Of a stretch of DNA of 64,000 nt, positions 47,777-57,187 are shown piece by piece. The position numbers and the translations under genes were made by a program. The stretch comes from Eubacteriales bacterium. Its GTDB lineage: Bacteria > Bacillota > Clostridia > Lachnospirales > Lachnospiraceae. Position 1 is the stretch's first letter; the number at the start of each line of letters is the position of its first letter. Under the pieces are notes generated by a model. It was not told the origin of the DNA and made no database searches. It was given only the letters and a program-made list of their open reading frames with translations. The DNA lies in assembly GCA_050874845.1 (NCBI GenBank), contig JBNMLM010000001.1, positions 987 through 64,986 of the forward strand, read 5' to 3'.

Positions 47777-49958
47777 AAGAACGGCAAAAAGAATAATTTC
47801 CCTTCTGTTGGCGTTTATGGTAGCGTTCGGTGCAGCCGGCCTTAGCGGAAAGGGCGTGCAGGTACAGGCAGCACAAAAGACGATAAACGGCTGCAGGTAC
47901 CTCACCGAGAATACGGATTACAGGCTGTATGTCAACGAGGAAGACCTGTCACTTGTGATAGAGGATAAAAAAAGTGGTTCGTACATGACATCGGCTATTG
48001 AATATGACGATGGAAAGAACAATGCGACATGGCAGGGAGCCATGAGGTCTGCTGTTGTCATAACAATGATAAGCGGAAGCGATGACTCCAAGCAGGCAGA
48101 CTTAATCAATGACAATGTTACAAAGACGGTAAGCTACACGGATAACGGATTTACCGCCAAGCTCTACTGGACAACATACCAGTTCGGACTGACACTTGAG
48201 GTTACACTCACAGATGACGGGCTTATTGCGAGAATTCCGGATGAATCGATAGTTGAAGATGGAGAAAAGTATTTTATAGGAACAATTTCCATCTACCCAT
48301 ACATGGGTAACTCCTATCTTGATGACAAGGATGGTTACATGCTTGTGCCGGACGGCAACGGAGCGTTAATCTACCTTGATGATAAGGAAGGAAGATTTAA
48401 GAGCGGTTTTTCCAAGATGATTTATGGCGGTGATGTCGGATTCGATGAATCCAATGTCCAGACACTTTTAAATGATAAGTACAACACAATAAAGGATTCC
48501 GAGGAGATTATTGCACCTGTATTCGGAATAGCACATGTGGATGATAATATTGCTTATCTTGGAATTGTCGAGGAAGGTGAGGCGCGAGCTTCGATCGAAT
48601 GTATTCCGAATGGTGCGAGTGTGGATTATAACAGAGCTTATGCCAAGTTCATACTCAGAAAGACCTACACACAGCCTACGAGCAATAATTCCACAGCAGG
48701 TTCACTTCATGTATATGAGAGTGAGAGAAGCCATTCTAACCTTGCTGTGAGATACGTGTTCCTTTCCGATGACAACGCCAACTACACAGGTATGGCGGCA
48801 GCCTACAGAGAGTATCTTCTTAGGTCTGAAGGCCTTACACAGAATGAGAGCAGTTTCAGAACGCGTGTGGACTTCTTAGGAACTGAGCGCGAGTCCTTCC
48901 TTCTTGGAACATCATCGGTGGTTATGACAACTGTCGATGACATATACGAGATATATGATGAGCTTGAGAGTGAAGGCGTAAGCGATTTACTTACAGTCTA
49001 TAAGGGCTGGCAGAAGAAGGGGCTTAATAGTGTCCCGATCACAAGCTATAAGGCTGATTCGAAAATCGGAGGAACAAGTAAGCTCACCAAGCTTATAAAG
49101 GATGCGGGTGAGAAAAATATCCAGATGTATCTGTATAACGATGCACTGAGAATAAACCCGGATGAAAAGAATGCCACCTTCAATGTCGTAAAGCAGATTA
49201 ACAAGAGAAGGTTTGAGGAAACGACCTACAAGACGGTGTACAGCACGATGAATTATCTCACACCTGCAAGAACATTGAGTCTCCTCAATTCCTTTATCGG
49301 CAAATATGTCAAGAGCGGGGTCGGCAATCTGGCGCTTGCAGGTATCTCAAACACGTTGTTCTCCTACACGTACAGTGGTGACACCTACACAAGGTACGAT
49401 ACACAGAAGGTGTATGAGGATATCGTGACAGAGGCGGCACAGAAGACCAAGCTTGTGCTTGAACAGCCGTTTGCATACCTGTGGTCTGAGACGGATGCCT
49501 TCCTTGATATGCCGTTGTACACATCAAGTTATATATTTGAGGATGAGAGCATTCCGTTCTTAAGTATAGTATTAAAGGGTGTGATGCCTATGTATTCGGA
49601 GTATGTGAACTTTGAGGCGAACAAGCAGGAATTCTTCTTAAAGCTTGTTGAGACAGGAGTTTATCCTTCCTTCTACATAACAAAGGAAAGCTCAGCAAAG
49701 CTTCTGTACACCAATTCAAGCGATATATACAGCTCAGAATATTCCACCTACAAGGACACGATAGTGGAGTATTATAAGGAGCTTAAGGCACTGCACGAAA
49801 AAATAGCGGACTCAACAGTGACAAAGCATGAGATTGTCGACAACGACATAAGAATTGTGACTTATTCTAATGGGGTTACAGTCTACATCAATTATGGTGC
49901 GGATGCCGTGAGCGTGGATGGCGTGACTATAGAATCAATGTCGTATGAGGTCAGGTGA
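47766..49958 (+). CDS. Large secreted/anchored protein of unknown function (possibly the DUF5696 class; from memory only)
   Basis: An N-terminal signal-anchor (RIISLLLAFMVAFGAAG) and ~730 aa with no motif I can assign. A TTG at 47766 overlaps the upstream stop. Confidence 0.55.
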   Translation: MAHKRTAKRIISLLLAFMVAFGAAGLSGKGVQVQAAQKTINGCRYLTENTDYRLYVNEEDLSLVIEDKKSGSYMTSAIEYDDGKNNATWQGAMRSAVVITMISGSDDSKQADLINDNVTKTVSYTDNGFTAKLYWTTYQFGLTLEVTLTDDGLIARIPDESIVEDGEKYFIGTISIYPYMGNSYLDDKDGYMLVPDGNGALIYLDDKEGRFKSGFSKMIYGGDVGFDESNVQTLLNDKYNTIKDSEEIIAPVFGIAHVDDNIAYLGIVEEGEARASIECIPNGASVDYNRAYAKFILRKTYTQPTSNNSTAGSLHVYESERSHSNLAVRYVFLSDDNANYTGMAAAYREYLLRSEGLTQNESSFRTRVDFLGTERESFLLGTSSVVMTTVDDIYEIYDELESEGVSDLLTVYKGWQKKGLNSVPITSYKADSKIGGTSKLTKLIKDAGEKNIQMYLYNDALRINPDEKNATFNVVKQINKRRFEETTYKTVYSTMNYLTPARTLSLLNSFIGKYVKSGVGNLALAGISNTLFSYTYSGDTYTRYDTQKVYEDIVTEAAQKTKLVLEQPFAYLWSETDAFLDMPLYTSSYIFEDESIPFLSIVLKGVMPMYSEYVNFEANKQEFFLKLVETGVYPSFYITKESSAKLLYTNSSDIYSSEYSTYKDTIVEYYKELKALHEKIADSTVTKHEIVDNDIRIVTYSNGVTVYINYGADAVSVDGVTIESMSYEVR

Positions 49959-49962
49959 GCGT

Positions 49963-51009
49963 ATGGGGAAAACGAAAAATAAGAAAATAAAAATTAAACA
50001 GGGACGTCTTGAGGCAAGGGAAGCAAGGATGGGATATCTGTTCCTGCTTCCATGGTTGATAGGAGTTGTTGTATTCCTGTTATTCCCGCTGGGACAGTCA
50101 TTCTACTACATGTGGTTTAACATAAGAATCACACCGCTTGCCACTAAGTTTACTTGGGTCGGAACCGGAAATTTTACTCAGATATGGCTTGAAAATCCTG
50201 AGTTTCCAAAGCAGCTTGTGACATATATCTGGCAGACGATAGTGGAGGTTCCGGTAATAGTTGTATTCGCACTTATCATCGCGATGATGTTAAACGGCAA
50301 GATAAAATGTAAGGCTTTTTTCAGACTTATATTCTTCCTTCCGGTTATCATCGTGAGTGGTCCGGTTATGAACATGCTGGTGAGTGAGGGAGCTTCAACA
50401 ATACCTTCAATGAACACACAGGTTGTTGTAAATGCGATAAGCACGTTCCTTCCGACATCGGTTGCTGAGTCGATTGGAGAAATTTTCTCCAACATGATTA
50501 TGATACTCTGGTATTCAGGAGTTCAGATACTTATATTCCTCTCAGCATTGCAGAAGGTTGACCCTTCACTCTATGAGGCTGCTAAGATGGACGGTGGTTC
50601 AGGCTGGGAGTGCTTCTGGAAAATAACACTTCCTACCATAAAGAACTTTATTCTTTTAAATGCAGTGTACACAGTAATCTTCCTCTCGGGAAACGAACAG
50701 AACCAGCTCATCACAATGATAGAGTCGGCGATGTTCTCAGGAACCAAGGAGAAGGGCTACGGATATGCCTCAGCGATGGCATGGATGTACTCAATCGTAG
50801 TAACACTCATTGTACTTCTCTTCTTCTTACTGCTTGGTAATAAGAAGGATGTATACGACAGAATGGTGAAGAAGAGAAAGAGACAGCTAAAGAAAGACGA
50901 ACGCATGCACAGGAGAATTGAGAGGAGGGGAAGAAGAAATGTCAAGAAGCTCGAAAAAGGCATTAAGCACGGCAGATACAAGACGTATGACGGCAGCGGA
51001 GATTATTAA
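49963..51009 (+). CDS. CUT1 sugar ABC permease (MalF-like) with a basic C-terminal tail
   Basis: EAA loop EAAKMDGGSGWECFWKITLP and a Lys/Arg-rich C-terminus. Confidence 0.85.
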   Translation: MGKTKNKKIKIKQGRLEAREARMGYLFLLPWLIGVVVFLLFPLGQSFYYMWFNIRITPLATKFTWVGTGNFTQIWLENPEFPKQLVTYIWQTIVEVPVIVVFALIIAMMLNGKIKCKAFFRLIFFLPVIIVSGPVMNMLVSEGASTIPSMNTQVVVNAISTFLPTSVAESIGEIFSNMIMILWYSGVQILIFLSALQKVDPSLYEAAKMDGGSGWECFWKITLPTIKNFILLNAVYTVIFLSGNEQNQLITMIESAMFSGTKEKGYGYASAMAWMYSIVVTLIVLLFFLLLGNKKDVYDRMVKKRKRQLKKDERMHRRIERRGRRNVKKLEKGIKHGRYKTYDGSGDY

Positions 51010-51946
51010 GAAGAAGTTTACGAAGGAAAAGATTCACAGATTTATCTTCGGTACGCGTGAAAAGCAGGGCGTTGGAAAACAGCTTGTCGTATATGCGCTT
51101 CTTATATGTATAGGCTTCGTGTATCTGTACCCTGTATTGTACATGATAAGCACCAGCTTTATGAGCAGGAATGACCTTCTTGATACCTCGGTCAAGTGGC
51201 TTCCTTCCAAGCTGTATCTTCAGAATTTTATAGATGCGGCAAAGGCGATGGATTATTTTTCATCATTTGAGAAGGGTATCCTGATAGCCGGTCTTCCTAC
51301 ACTGTGCAATGTTGTTATATGTATGATGGTCGGATATGGTTTTGCAAGATATGAGTTCAAGGGTAAGAAAATATTGATGGGCATACTCATATTTTCCTAT
51401 ATTCTTCCAAGACAGATAACCATGATTCCTACTTATGTTCTTTACACAAAGATGGGGATTCAGGGTACACTGTGGGCGTTTATCCTTCCGGCACTGTTCG
51501 GAAACGGATTGAACTCACCTATATTTATTTTAATCTTCTATCAGTTCTTTAAGCAGATACCTAAGGTGCTGATGGAGGCAGCCTCTATTGACGGAGCAGG
51601 ACATTTCAAAGCATTCTTTAAGATTGCAGTTCCATCCGCAATACCGGCTATTGTGACGGTTGTTCTGTTCTCCTTTGTATGGTACTGGAATGAGTCATAC
51701 CTCACTGAGCTGTATGTACAGGGACTTGCGGCAAAGAGCAATTGGACGAATCTTGTGGTTCAGTTAAAGCAGTTCGACACTGCCTTCCAGACAAGGGCAA
51801 GTGTCGGAGACACTGCTACAAGCCTCAATGAGTCCGTCCGAATGGCAGCTACCACACTGAGTATCCTGCCGCTTCTTATCATGTACCTTGTACTTCAGAA
51901 GCAGTTCGTTGAAAGTATTGACCGTTCGGGAATTACCGGAGAATAG
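50939..51946 (+). CDS. CUT1 sugar ABC permease (MalG-like)
   Basis: EAA loop EAASIDGAGHFKAFFKIAVP. Overlaps the upstream permease gene. Confidence 0.85.
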   Translation: MSRSSKKALSTADTRRMTAAEIIKKKFTKEKIHRFIFGTREKQGVGKQLVVYALLICIGFVYLYPVLYMISTSFMSRNDLLDTSVKWLPSKLYLQNFIDAAKAMDYFSSFEKGILIAGLPTLCNVVICMMVGYGFARYEFKGKKILMGILIFSYILPRQITMIPTYVLYTKMGIQGTLWAFILPALFGNGLNSPIFILIFYQFFKQIPKVLMEAASIDGAGHFKAFFKIAVPSAIPAIVTVVLFSFVWYWNESYLTELYVQGLAAKSNWTNLVVQLKQFDTAFQTRASVGDTATSLNESVRMAATTLSILPLLIMYLVLQKQFVESIDRSGITGE

Positions 51947-52028
51947 TATTTAGTCCGGCATATCCGGACTACAAAAGCAATTCAATATTTATATGCCGCC
52001 CGGAAGCGGCGGCAGAATGGAGGATTCT

Positions 52029-53549
52029 ATGAAAAAAAGGTTAGTTGCTGCACTTATGGCATCGGTTATGACAGTAGGTGCACTGACAGGCTGTGCTGCT
52101 AAGAAGGACACAAATGGTTCAGCAGTGAGCGGAGAGGTTGACGAGAACGGTGTGACTAAGGATGATATCACCCTTACATACTGGCATTACGAAGATGAGA
52201 CTACAATCAATCTTCTGGCAGAGGCATTTATGAAAAAGTATCCTAATATCAAGGTAGAGTGTAAGCAGATATCGGATATGAGCACAGACCTTTCTGCCGC
52301 AGCCAACAGCGGAACCTTCCCTGATGTATTCTCAGGAACAGATTCCGACACAGCACTTGCAAACGAGTATTGGCTTGACATCACGGATTATGTTGAAAAT
52401 GACCCTGATATGGCTAACATGATGAGTACAATCAAGGATTACGGAATCGGAAAGTTCGATACAAGCAGATGGTTCGGCCTTCCTACATGGTATCAGCCAA
52501 GTGCTATATTCATTGACAGAAACGTAATCAGCAAATTAAATCTTGAGATGCCTAGAACAGACTGGACATGGGATGAGATGCTCCAGCTTATAAAGGACGC
52601 AACAGTTGATGACAGATCAGGCATGAAGTATTACGGACTTGGTTATTATAACAGACTTGATTCACTCTACGGAATTGCAGCCTGCTCAACAGCGGAGAGA
52701 GCAATCAAGGGTGAGTTCGGATTCGACGGAACAGATTTCGACCTTCAGTACTGGGCAATAGGTGAGCAGCAGTTCTCAGACCTCAAGCTTGCAGGTTATG
52801 TTGCACCACAGCAGAACACACAGGCTATGGAAGACTGGTCCGGAGACTGGGGCGCATGGTTCGGTGCCACAGGACATGTAGCAGTATTCTCAGAAGGCTT
52901 CTGGACATACCAGAATCTCTGGGGAACAGAAGGATATCAGGATACTTATGGACTTGATATCGTTCCTTATGTAACACCTAACGTAGTAGATGAGAAGATG
53001 CACAATGTAATTGCAAATATGTACATCGGTGGTGTATCAACATCATGTAAGCACCCTTATGAGGCATACCTCCTCCTTAAGTTCATGGGTATCGGAACAG
53101 ACGGCTGGAATGCACGTATGGATATCTATGAGGATACATCAATCACAAATGCTTCCGGAACACCACTTAAGAACTCCAACATGCCTGTTCCTATGACACT
53201 TGATCAGGGTGTATGGGCAAGATATAAGGCACTCTTCCCACAGGATGAGGATCACAAGGCATACTGGGATGACTACTTTGCTTCAATCACAAGACCTGTT
53301 CCTTACGGCTGGTACAGTATTGCAGGCTACTGGAACTTCTGTGACCAGTACTTCAACAAGATTGGTATCCATGACCTTGTAGACAACGGTACAGCTAAGG
53401 CTGCCGATTACACAGACGAGGCAACAGAGCAGGCTAACTACTACCACGCTGAGGCAATGCTTTCATACTTCGGACCTACAGGCTACAATGTATTGTCTGA
53501 TGAGGAGATTGCGCAGTACGAGGCAGTGACAAGTGCATTCGGAAAGTAA
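52029..53549 (+). CDS. Extracellular solute-binding lipoprotein (family 1, sugar)
   Basis: Lipobox LTGC, SBP_bac_1-type sequence and a GGAGG RBS. Confidence 0.85.
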   Translation: MKKRLVAALMASVMTVGALTGCAAKKDTNGSAVSGEVDENGVTKDDITLTYWHYEDETTINLLAEAFMKKYPNIKVECKQISDMSTDLSAAANSGTFPDVFSGTDSDTALANEYWLDITDYVENDPDMANMMSTIKDYGIGKFDTSRWFGLPTWYQPSAIFIDRNVISKLNLEMPRTDWTWDEMLQLIKDATVDDRSGMKYYGLGYYNRLDSLYGIAACSTAERAIKGEFGFDGTDFDLQYWAIGEQQFSDLKLAGYVAPQQNTQAMEDWSGDWGAWFGATGHVAVFSEGFWTYQNLWGTEGYQDTYGLDIVPYVTPNVVDEKMHNVIANMYIGGVSTSCKHPYEAYLLLKFMGIGTDGWNARMDIYEDTSITNASGTPLKNSNMPVPMTLDQGVWARYKALFPQDEDHKAYWDDYFASITRPVPYGWYSIAGYWNFCDQYFNKIGIHDLVDNGTAKAADYTDEATEQANYYHAEAMLSYFGPTGYNVLSDEEIAQYEAVTSAFGK

Positions 53550-53583
53550 TGATTTACAAGTATAATTATGGAGGTATTTTTAT

Positions 53584-55968
53584 ATGAGGAATAAGAAGTT
53601 TTTAAGCGTTATGTTATGCGGTACAATGGCAGCTACAATGCTTGCCGGATGTCAGAAGCAGGCTGGTTCGGATTCGACATCACAGCCGGACAGCTCTTCA
53701 CAGGAGTCAAGCGTACAGGAATCATCATCACAGCAGACAGTTAAGGCCGGTGAGATTCCACAGGATTACAAGTATTATTATTCATTTGATGCAGCGGACA
53801 ACAAGACTGATATCCAGCCTACTGCACAGACTATCGGCGGAGACCCTATCCTCAGTGCGGCAGACAAGGATGTTGTATATATTCCGGGTGTAAAGGGTGA
53901 TGCCGTATATACAGACGGTATAACAGGCTACAAGCTCACAGATGTAAATGGAGTTGGTGACAACTACACAATCTCATTCTGGCTCTATGCTACAAGACTT
54001 TCCAATTACATGCCGACAGTCCAGTTCGGACCGGATGTTCACGGAGATGCTACAGGCGGACAGCATTACACCAACATTACAAGAGCAGAGTGGTCGGGTG
54101 AGGGAACATTCCCATGTATATGGTCTTATGATCAGCTCGATAATGCACTCTGGCCGGCATGGTCGGATGCCGCAACAGGTGAGCCTATGAAGCAGTGGGT
54201 ACAGATTGCACTTGTTGTTGATTCTAACAATTTATCAGCAGACGGAACACTTATTGCTTCTAAGCTTTACATCAACGGACAGGAGTGGATTACCAAGGAT
54301 TCAGACGGAAATGTTGTTCCTGCCTATGTAACAAAGAACTGTATGCAGGCTTCTGATAACTTCGATTTCTTACTTGGTGTAAACTATTGGGATTCAGTAT
54401 TCAAGGGAGCTTTTGATGAGCTCTATATCTATGATTACGCTCTTAACGCTGAGCAGGTTGCAGCCCTCTATGCGGACGGAAATCCTAATGCAGAGTTCGT
54501 TGAGCCGGAGAGAGTTATAAATGTGGCTAAGGATGACAGCGCTATCGCTTCCATCGGTGCATTAGATTTCTCAAAGGCAGATGATGTATATTCAGAGCCG
54601 ATTGACATTGCCGATGGCCAGACAATGCAGATTAAGTTAAAGCATTGGTCAGACGGTAAGGACGCTAAGAACAACTACTACTTCGTATTCAAGGATGCAG
54701 ACGGAAATGAAGTTGCAAGAGTAAATGCCGATATGACAGGTACAGCAGACGGCAAGGATATAGCAGACAGCTGCTTTACATGGTCATGGGGCAACTGGAA
54801 TACATGGGAGCAGTCGGTAATGGTTGAGGCTGATGTAACCGCTACAATCACTTATGCGGACGGCACGGTTACAGTTGATGTTGACAATGTAGATTACAAC
54901 AAGACATCCAACACAGCAAAGGCTGAATTCCCTGTAACAGGAGAAATTGCTTCAATTGAGATTGGAACACAGTCAAGCTACACAGATATCCTTTCAATCA
55001 AGGATAAGACAGTTAAGGCAGAGGGCGTTATCGTAGGTAATACAGACTGCACAACACCTTTCTGGAGTGCATTCTCAGATGTATTTACAATTCCTGAGGG
55101 TGAGTCGGTTACAAAGACATTCAAGAACTACACAGACGGTGTAAACAACTGGGATAACTTTATTGTAGTACTTCAGACAACACCGGAAGGCCACAGCGCA
55201 GATGACGCTGAGGGATATGCAGAGTACGCAGTACTCCGTGCAGATAACTTCGGCTGGGGCGATGGCTACGAGACTGCAACTGCCGAGTGTGATTGGAACT
55301 GGGATACCTTCACATCCGATATTGACGGAGCAGAGGTTGAGGTTACTATAACCAACAATGGAGCAACAGCAGATGTTGTAGCTGTAGTTACAACAGTAGA
55401 CGGAACAGTATATACACAGAAGTACACAGGTATCACAACAGGCGGAGACTTAAATGCATGCTTCACATGTGAGGCTTCATATCTCTCATTCACTGCACCT
55501 ATAGTAGGAAGCACAGACTGCACAACACCTTTCTGGAGCGCATTCTCAGATATCTGGAGCGTTGAAAAGGGTGCTACTGTTACAAAGAGCTTCACTAACT
55601 ACACAGATGGAGTAAACAACTGGGATAACTTCATTGTAGTACTTCAGACAACACCGGAAGGCCACAGCGCAGCAGACGCAGACGGCTATGCAGAGTACGC
55701 AGTACTCCGTGCAGATAACTTCGGCTGGGGCGATGGCTATGACGCTGCAACAGTTGAGTGTGACTGGAACTGGGATACCTTCACAAGTGATATAGACGGA
55801 GCAAGGGTTGATGTATCTGTCACCAACAATGGTGATACAGCAGATGTTGTAGCTGTAGTTACAACAGTAGACGGAACAGTATATACACAGAAGTATACAG
55901 GTATCACAACAGGAGGAGACCTTAACTTCTGCCTTACATGCGAGGCAGCTTACCTTGTAATGGAGTAA
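53584..55968 (+). CDS. Surface lipoprotein with a LamG/concanavalin-like domain and three copies of a ~155-aa repeat (putative glycan-binding)
   Basis: Lipobox LAGC, a Ser/Gln-rich linker and a LamG-like block (YTISFWLYA...FDELYIYDYALN). There is one divergent repeat plus two near-identical ones. Confidence 0.7.
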   Translation: MRNKKFLSVMLCGTMAATMLAGCQKQAGSDSTSQPDSSSQESSVQESSSQQTVKAGEIPQDYKYYYSFDAADNKTDIQPTAQTIGGDPILSAADKDVVYIPGVKGDAVYTDGITGYKLTDVNGVGDNYTISFWLYATRLSNYMPTVQFGPDVHGDATGGQHYTNITRAEWSGEGTFPCIWSYDQLDNALWPAWSDAATGEPMKQWVQIALVVDSNNLSADGTLIASKLYINGQEWITKDSDGNVVPAYVTKNCMQASDNFDFLLGVNYWDSVFKGAFDELYIYDYALNAEQVAALYADGNPNAEFVEPERVINVAKDDSAIASIGALDFSKADDVYSEPIDIADGQTMQIKLKHWSDGKDAKNNYYFVFKDADGNEVARVNADMTGTADGKDIADSCFTWSWGNWNTWEQSVMVEADVTATITYADGTVTVDVDNVDYNKTSNTAKAEFPVTGEIASIEIGTQSSYTDILSIKDKTVKAEGVIVGNTDCTTPFWSAFSDVFTIPEGESVTKTFKNYTDGVNNWDNFIVVLQTTPEGHSADDAEGYAEYAVLRADNFGWGDGYETATAECDWNWDTFTSDIDGAEVEVTITNNGATADVVAVVTTVDGTVYTQKYTGITTGGDLNACFTCEASYLSFTAPIVGSTDCTTPFWSAFSDIWSVEKGATVTKSFTNYTDGVNNWDNFIVVLQTTPEGHSAADADGYAEYAVLRADNFGWGDGYDAATVECDWNWDTFTSDIDGARVDVSVTNNGDTADVVAVVTTVDGTVYTQKYTGITTGGDLNFCLTCEAAYLVME
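55030..55965 (+). repeat. Tandem in-frame 471-bp duplication inside the lipoprotein gene
   Basis: 55030-55500 and 55501-55965 are roughly 90% identical at the nucleotide level. Both encode GxTDCTTPFWSAFSD...VVAVVTTVDGTVYTQKYTGITTGGDLN. Confidence 0.9.
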
Positions 55969-55994
55969 GGCAAAGCTAATAAAAAGCAGACTAT

Positions 55995-56030
55995 CCCCGG
56001 GATGTGGCAATGGGGCATCCCGGGGAGTTT
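55995..56030 (+). terminator. Rho-independent terminator
   Basis: CCCCGGGATG/CATCCCGGGG stem followed by a T-run. Confidence 0.7.
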
Positions 56031-56057
56031 TAAATTAAGTATGAGAGAGGATACGGT

Positions 56058-57038
56058 ATGGAAGAGAGACCTAGAAACGGAAAAATTACTGATTTTAATA
56101 AACCATTTATAGAGCAGAGAGCGGATCCCTTTGTCACGCGCGCGGAGGATGGAAAGTATTATTTTACTGCTTCCGTACCTGCGTATGACAAGATTGTGCT
56201 CAGATGTTCGGACACACTTTCAGGGCTAAAGGATGCCGAGGAGAAGGTCATCTGGACAAAGCATGAGTCAGGTGAGATGAGCAAGCATGTCTGGGCGCCT
56301 GAGCTTCATTATCTGTTTGGAAAGTGGTACATATATTTTGCCGCTTCAATGGCAGAGGATATCTGGAGATTAAGACCATATATCCTTGAGTGTCAGGGAC
56401 CGGATCCTATGAAGGACGAGTGGATTGAAAAGGGGAAAATCCAGAGAAGCGATGATGATATATATTCGTTTGATGCGTTTTCGCTTGACGCTACAATACT
56501 TGAAAATAAAGGAGAATACTACTATATCTGGGCTGAGAAGGTCAGCGTAGGCATTCAGATATCTAACATATATATTGCAAAAATGGAATCTGCGACCAAG
56601 CTTGCCACAGCGCAGGTGCTTCTCACTACTCCCGATTATGACTGGGAGCGCGTGGATATATGGGTAAATGAGGGACCTGCCGCCATACGCCATGACGGAA
56701 AGATATTCCTCACCTACTCTGCGAGTGCGACAGGCGAGTGCTACTGCGTGGGTATGCTCTCAATCGATGAAAACGCGGATCTGCTTGACCCGCGTGCATG
56801 GAAGAAGGAGAGACACCCGGTACTGTGCTCCGACAGGGAGAAGGGAATCTACGGACCGGGACACAACAGCTTCACCAAGGCGGAGGACGGAAGGGACGTG
56901 TGTGTATACCATGCGCGCACCTATCTTGAGATTGTCGGCGACCCGCTGTATGACCCTAACAGACATACCATGCTCATGGAAGTGAAGTGGGATGCGGACG
57001 GTAAGCCTGTGTTTAGGTACGAGAATAATATCCATTAA
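56058..57038 (+). CDS. GH43 glycoside hydrolase (exo-arabinofuranosidase/arabinanase-like), cytoplasmic
   Basis: GH43 five-bladed propeller blocks ADPFV, VWAPELH and NEGPA. No signal peptide. Confidence 0.85.
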   Translation: MEERPRNGKITDFNKPFIEQRADPFVTRAEDGKYYFTASVPAYDKIVLRCSDTLSGLKDAEEKVIWTKHESGEMSKHVWAPELHYLFGKWYIYFAASMAEDIWRLRPYILECQGPDPMKDEWIEKGKIQRSDDDIYSFDAFSLDATILENKGEYYYIWAEKVSVGIQISNIYIAKMESATKLATAQVLLTTPDYDWERVDIWVNEGPAAIRHDGKIFLTYSASATGECYCVGMLSIDENADLLDPRAWKKERHPVLCSDREKGIYGPGHNSFTKAEDGRDVCVYHARTYLEIVGDPLYDPNRHTMLMEVKWDADGKPVFRYENNIH

Positions 57039-57046
57039 AAAAGCAA

Positions 57047-57153
57047 ATTGCGAAAATTAGTTTGCTATGCGAATTATTACGGGTTTCAAAGGTTGCAGAA
57101 GTGCACTGGTAAAATGGCACAACTGTTTACCGGAGAATTTACGTTTCGCAATT
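57047..57153 (+). promoter_or_regulatory. Conserved 5'-region motif Y (homolog of motif X at 31191-31256)
   Basis: A 10-bp IR AATTGCGAAA/TTTCGCAATT and the core GTGCACTGGTAAAATGGCACAACTGTTTACCGGAGAAT. It ends 35 nt before the ATG at 57188. Confidence 0.5.
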
Positions 57154-57187
57154 ATATAAATTTGATAATAATTCAGGAGGTGAAGGC

